Below are positions 63,541-64,000 of a stretch of 64,000 bases of DNA, piece after piece. Position numbers and translations under genes: made by a program. Origin of the DNA: Pseudomonadota bacterium (GTDB taxonomy: Bacteria > Pseudomonadota > Alphaproteobacteria > RF32 > CAG-239). The notes under the pieces were generated by a model. The model was not told where the DNA came from and ran no database searches. It saw only the letters and a list, made by a program, of their open reading frames with translations. Where the stretch lies: NCBI GenBank assembly GCA_918234285.1, contig CAKJXZ020000024.1, positions 1 to 64,000 of the forward strand. The letters run 5' to 3'. Position 1 is the first letter of the stretch. Each line of letters starts with the position of its first letter.

Positions 63541-64000
63541 TTATTCCTCGTCTCTGTTTGCATATTTTGCCAACGGATGTTTTTGACATACGGTATCGAG
63601 AAGTTTTTGCGACGTGATATGGGTATATATCTCCGTTGTGGTAATATTTTCGTGCCCGAGCATTTTTTGCACCGAACGCAAATCGGCATCGTTATTCAAT
63701 AAATGCGTGGCAAACGAGTGGCGCAGGACGTGCGGTGAAATACGTGACGGATAAATACCGCATTCTGCCGCCAGCTTTTTCAAATCCTTAAAAAACGCAT
63801 CGCGAGTCAGATGTCCGTCAACTGCCGTCAATGATGGGAACAGATAATTGGAATGAGCATTCTTCTTTATAAATTCCTGTCGCAACTCGGCATATTTTTG
63901 CAAAGTGTTTCCGGCGCGTTTTGCCATCGGCACAATGCGTTCCTTGCTGCCTTTGCCGAAAATGGTAACTTGCCCTTTATCAAAATTTACGGCCGTTATC
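63541..64000 (-). CDS. xerD: Tyrosine recombinase XerD, 5'-truncated by the window edge
   Basis: Frame open to the window end (GKGSKERIVP); SPHVLRHSFATHLL, DLRSVQKMLGH, TTEIYTH. Confidence 0.9.
   Translation of the reverse strand, partial: ITAVNFDKGQVTIFGKGSKERIVPMAKRAGNTLQKYAELRQEFIKKNAHSNYLFPSLTAVDGHLTRDAFFKDLKKLAAECGIYPSRISPHVLRHSFATHLLNNDADLRSVQKMLGHENITTTEIYTHITSQKLLDTVCQKHPLAKYANRDEE

Noticed and set aside
63541-64000. Tyrosine recombinase as a phage or island integrase
   Set aside because: Motifs and operon context (DUF721, dsbA, atp) fit housekeeping XerD

Overview
Chromosomal window from an alphaproteobacterium, inferred from rluD-rpoH, the fzlA-like gene, the atpI-B-E-b'-b order and xerD-DUF721-dsbA; a host- or gut-associated anaerobic lineage is a weaker inference. 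It spans the origin/partition region (mnmE-mnmG-PHP-rsmG-parA-parB-dnaE) with four parS sites, all inside genes. Housekeeping genes include polA, PBP1A, hppA, RND efflux, tgt, greA, fba and the Fo operon. No rRNA, tRNA, CRISPR, transposase or prophage was seen. Main unexplained signals: (1) a non-palindromic, strand-polarised 15-bp motif AACRSYGTATTTAAA, with 9 exact and several near copies within 18.1-28.2 kb among the parS sites, in two reading frames and in intergenic DNA, a candidate undescribed origin-region binding site; (2) a virD4 coupling-protein gene ending a five-gene co-oriented cluster of unknown proteins, with no virB or relaxase in the window, plus signal-less ORFans with similar basic C-terminal tails (candidate effectors), one sharing an HExxH domain with a membrane-anchored paralog; (3) two solitary ORFan genes sharing a pre-ATG motif and terminator-fused stops, one with a ~220-nt structured leader; (4) a ~400-bp palindrome-rich segment bounded by a 31-bp duplicated terminator; (5) a double-hairpin greA leader.
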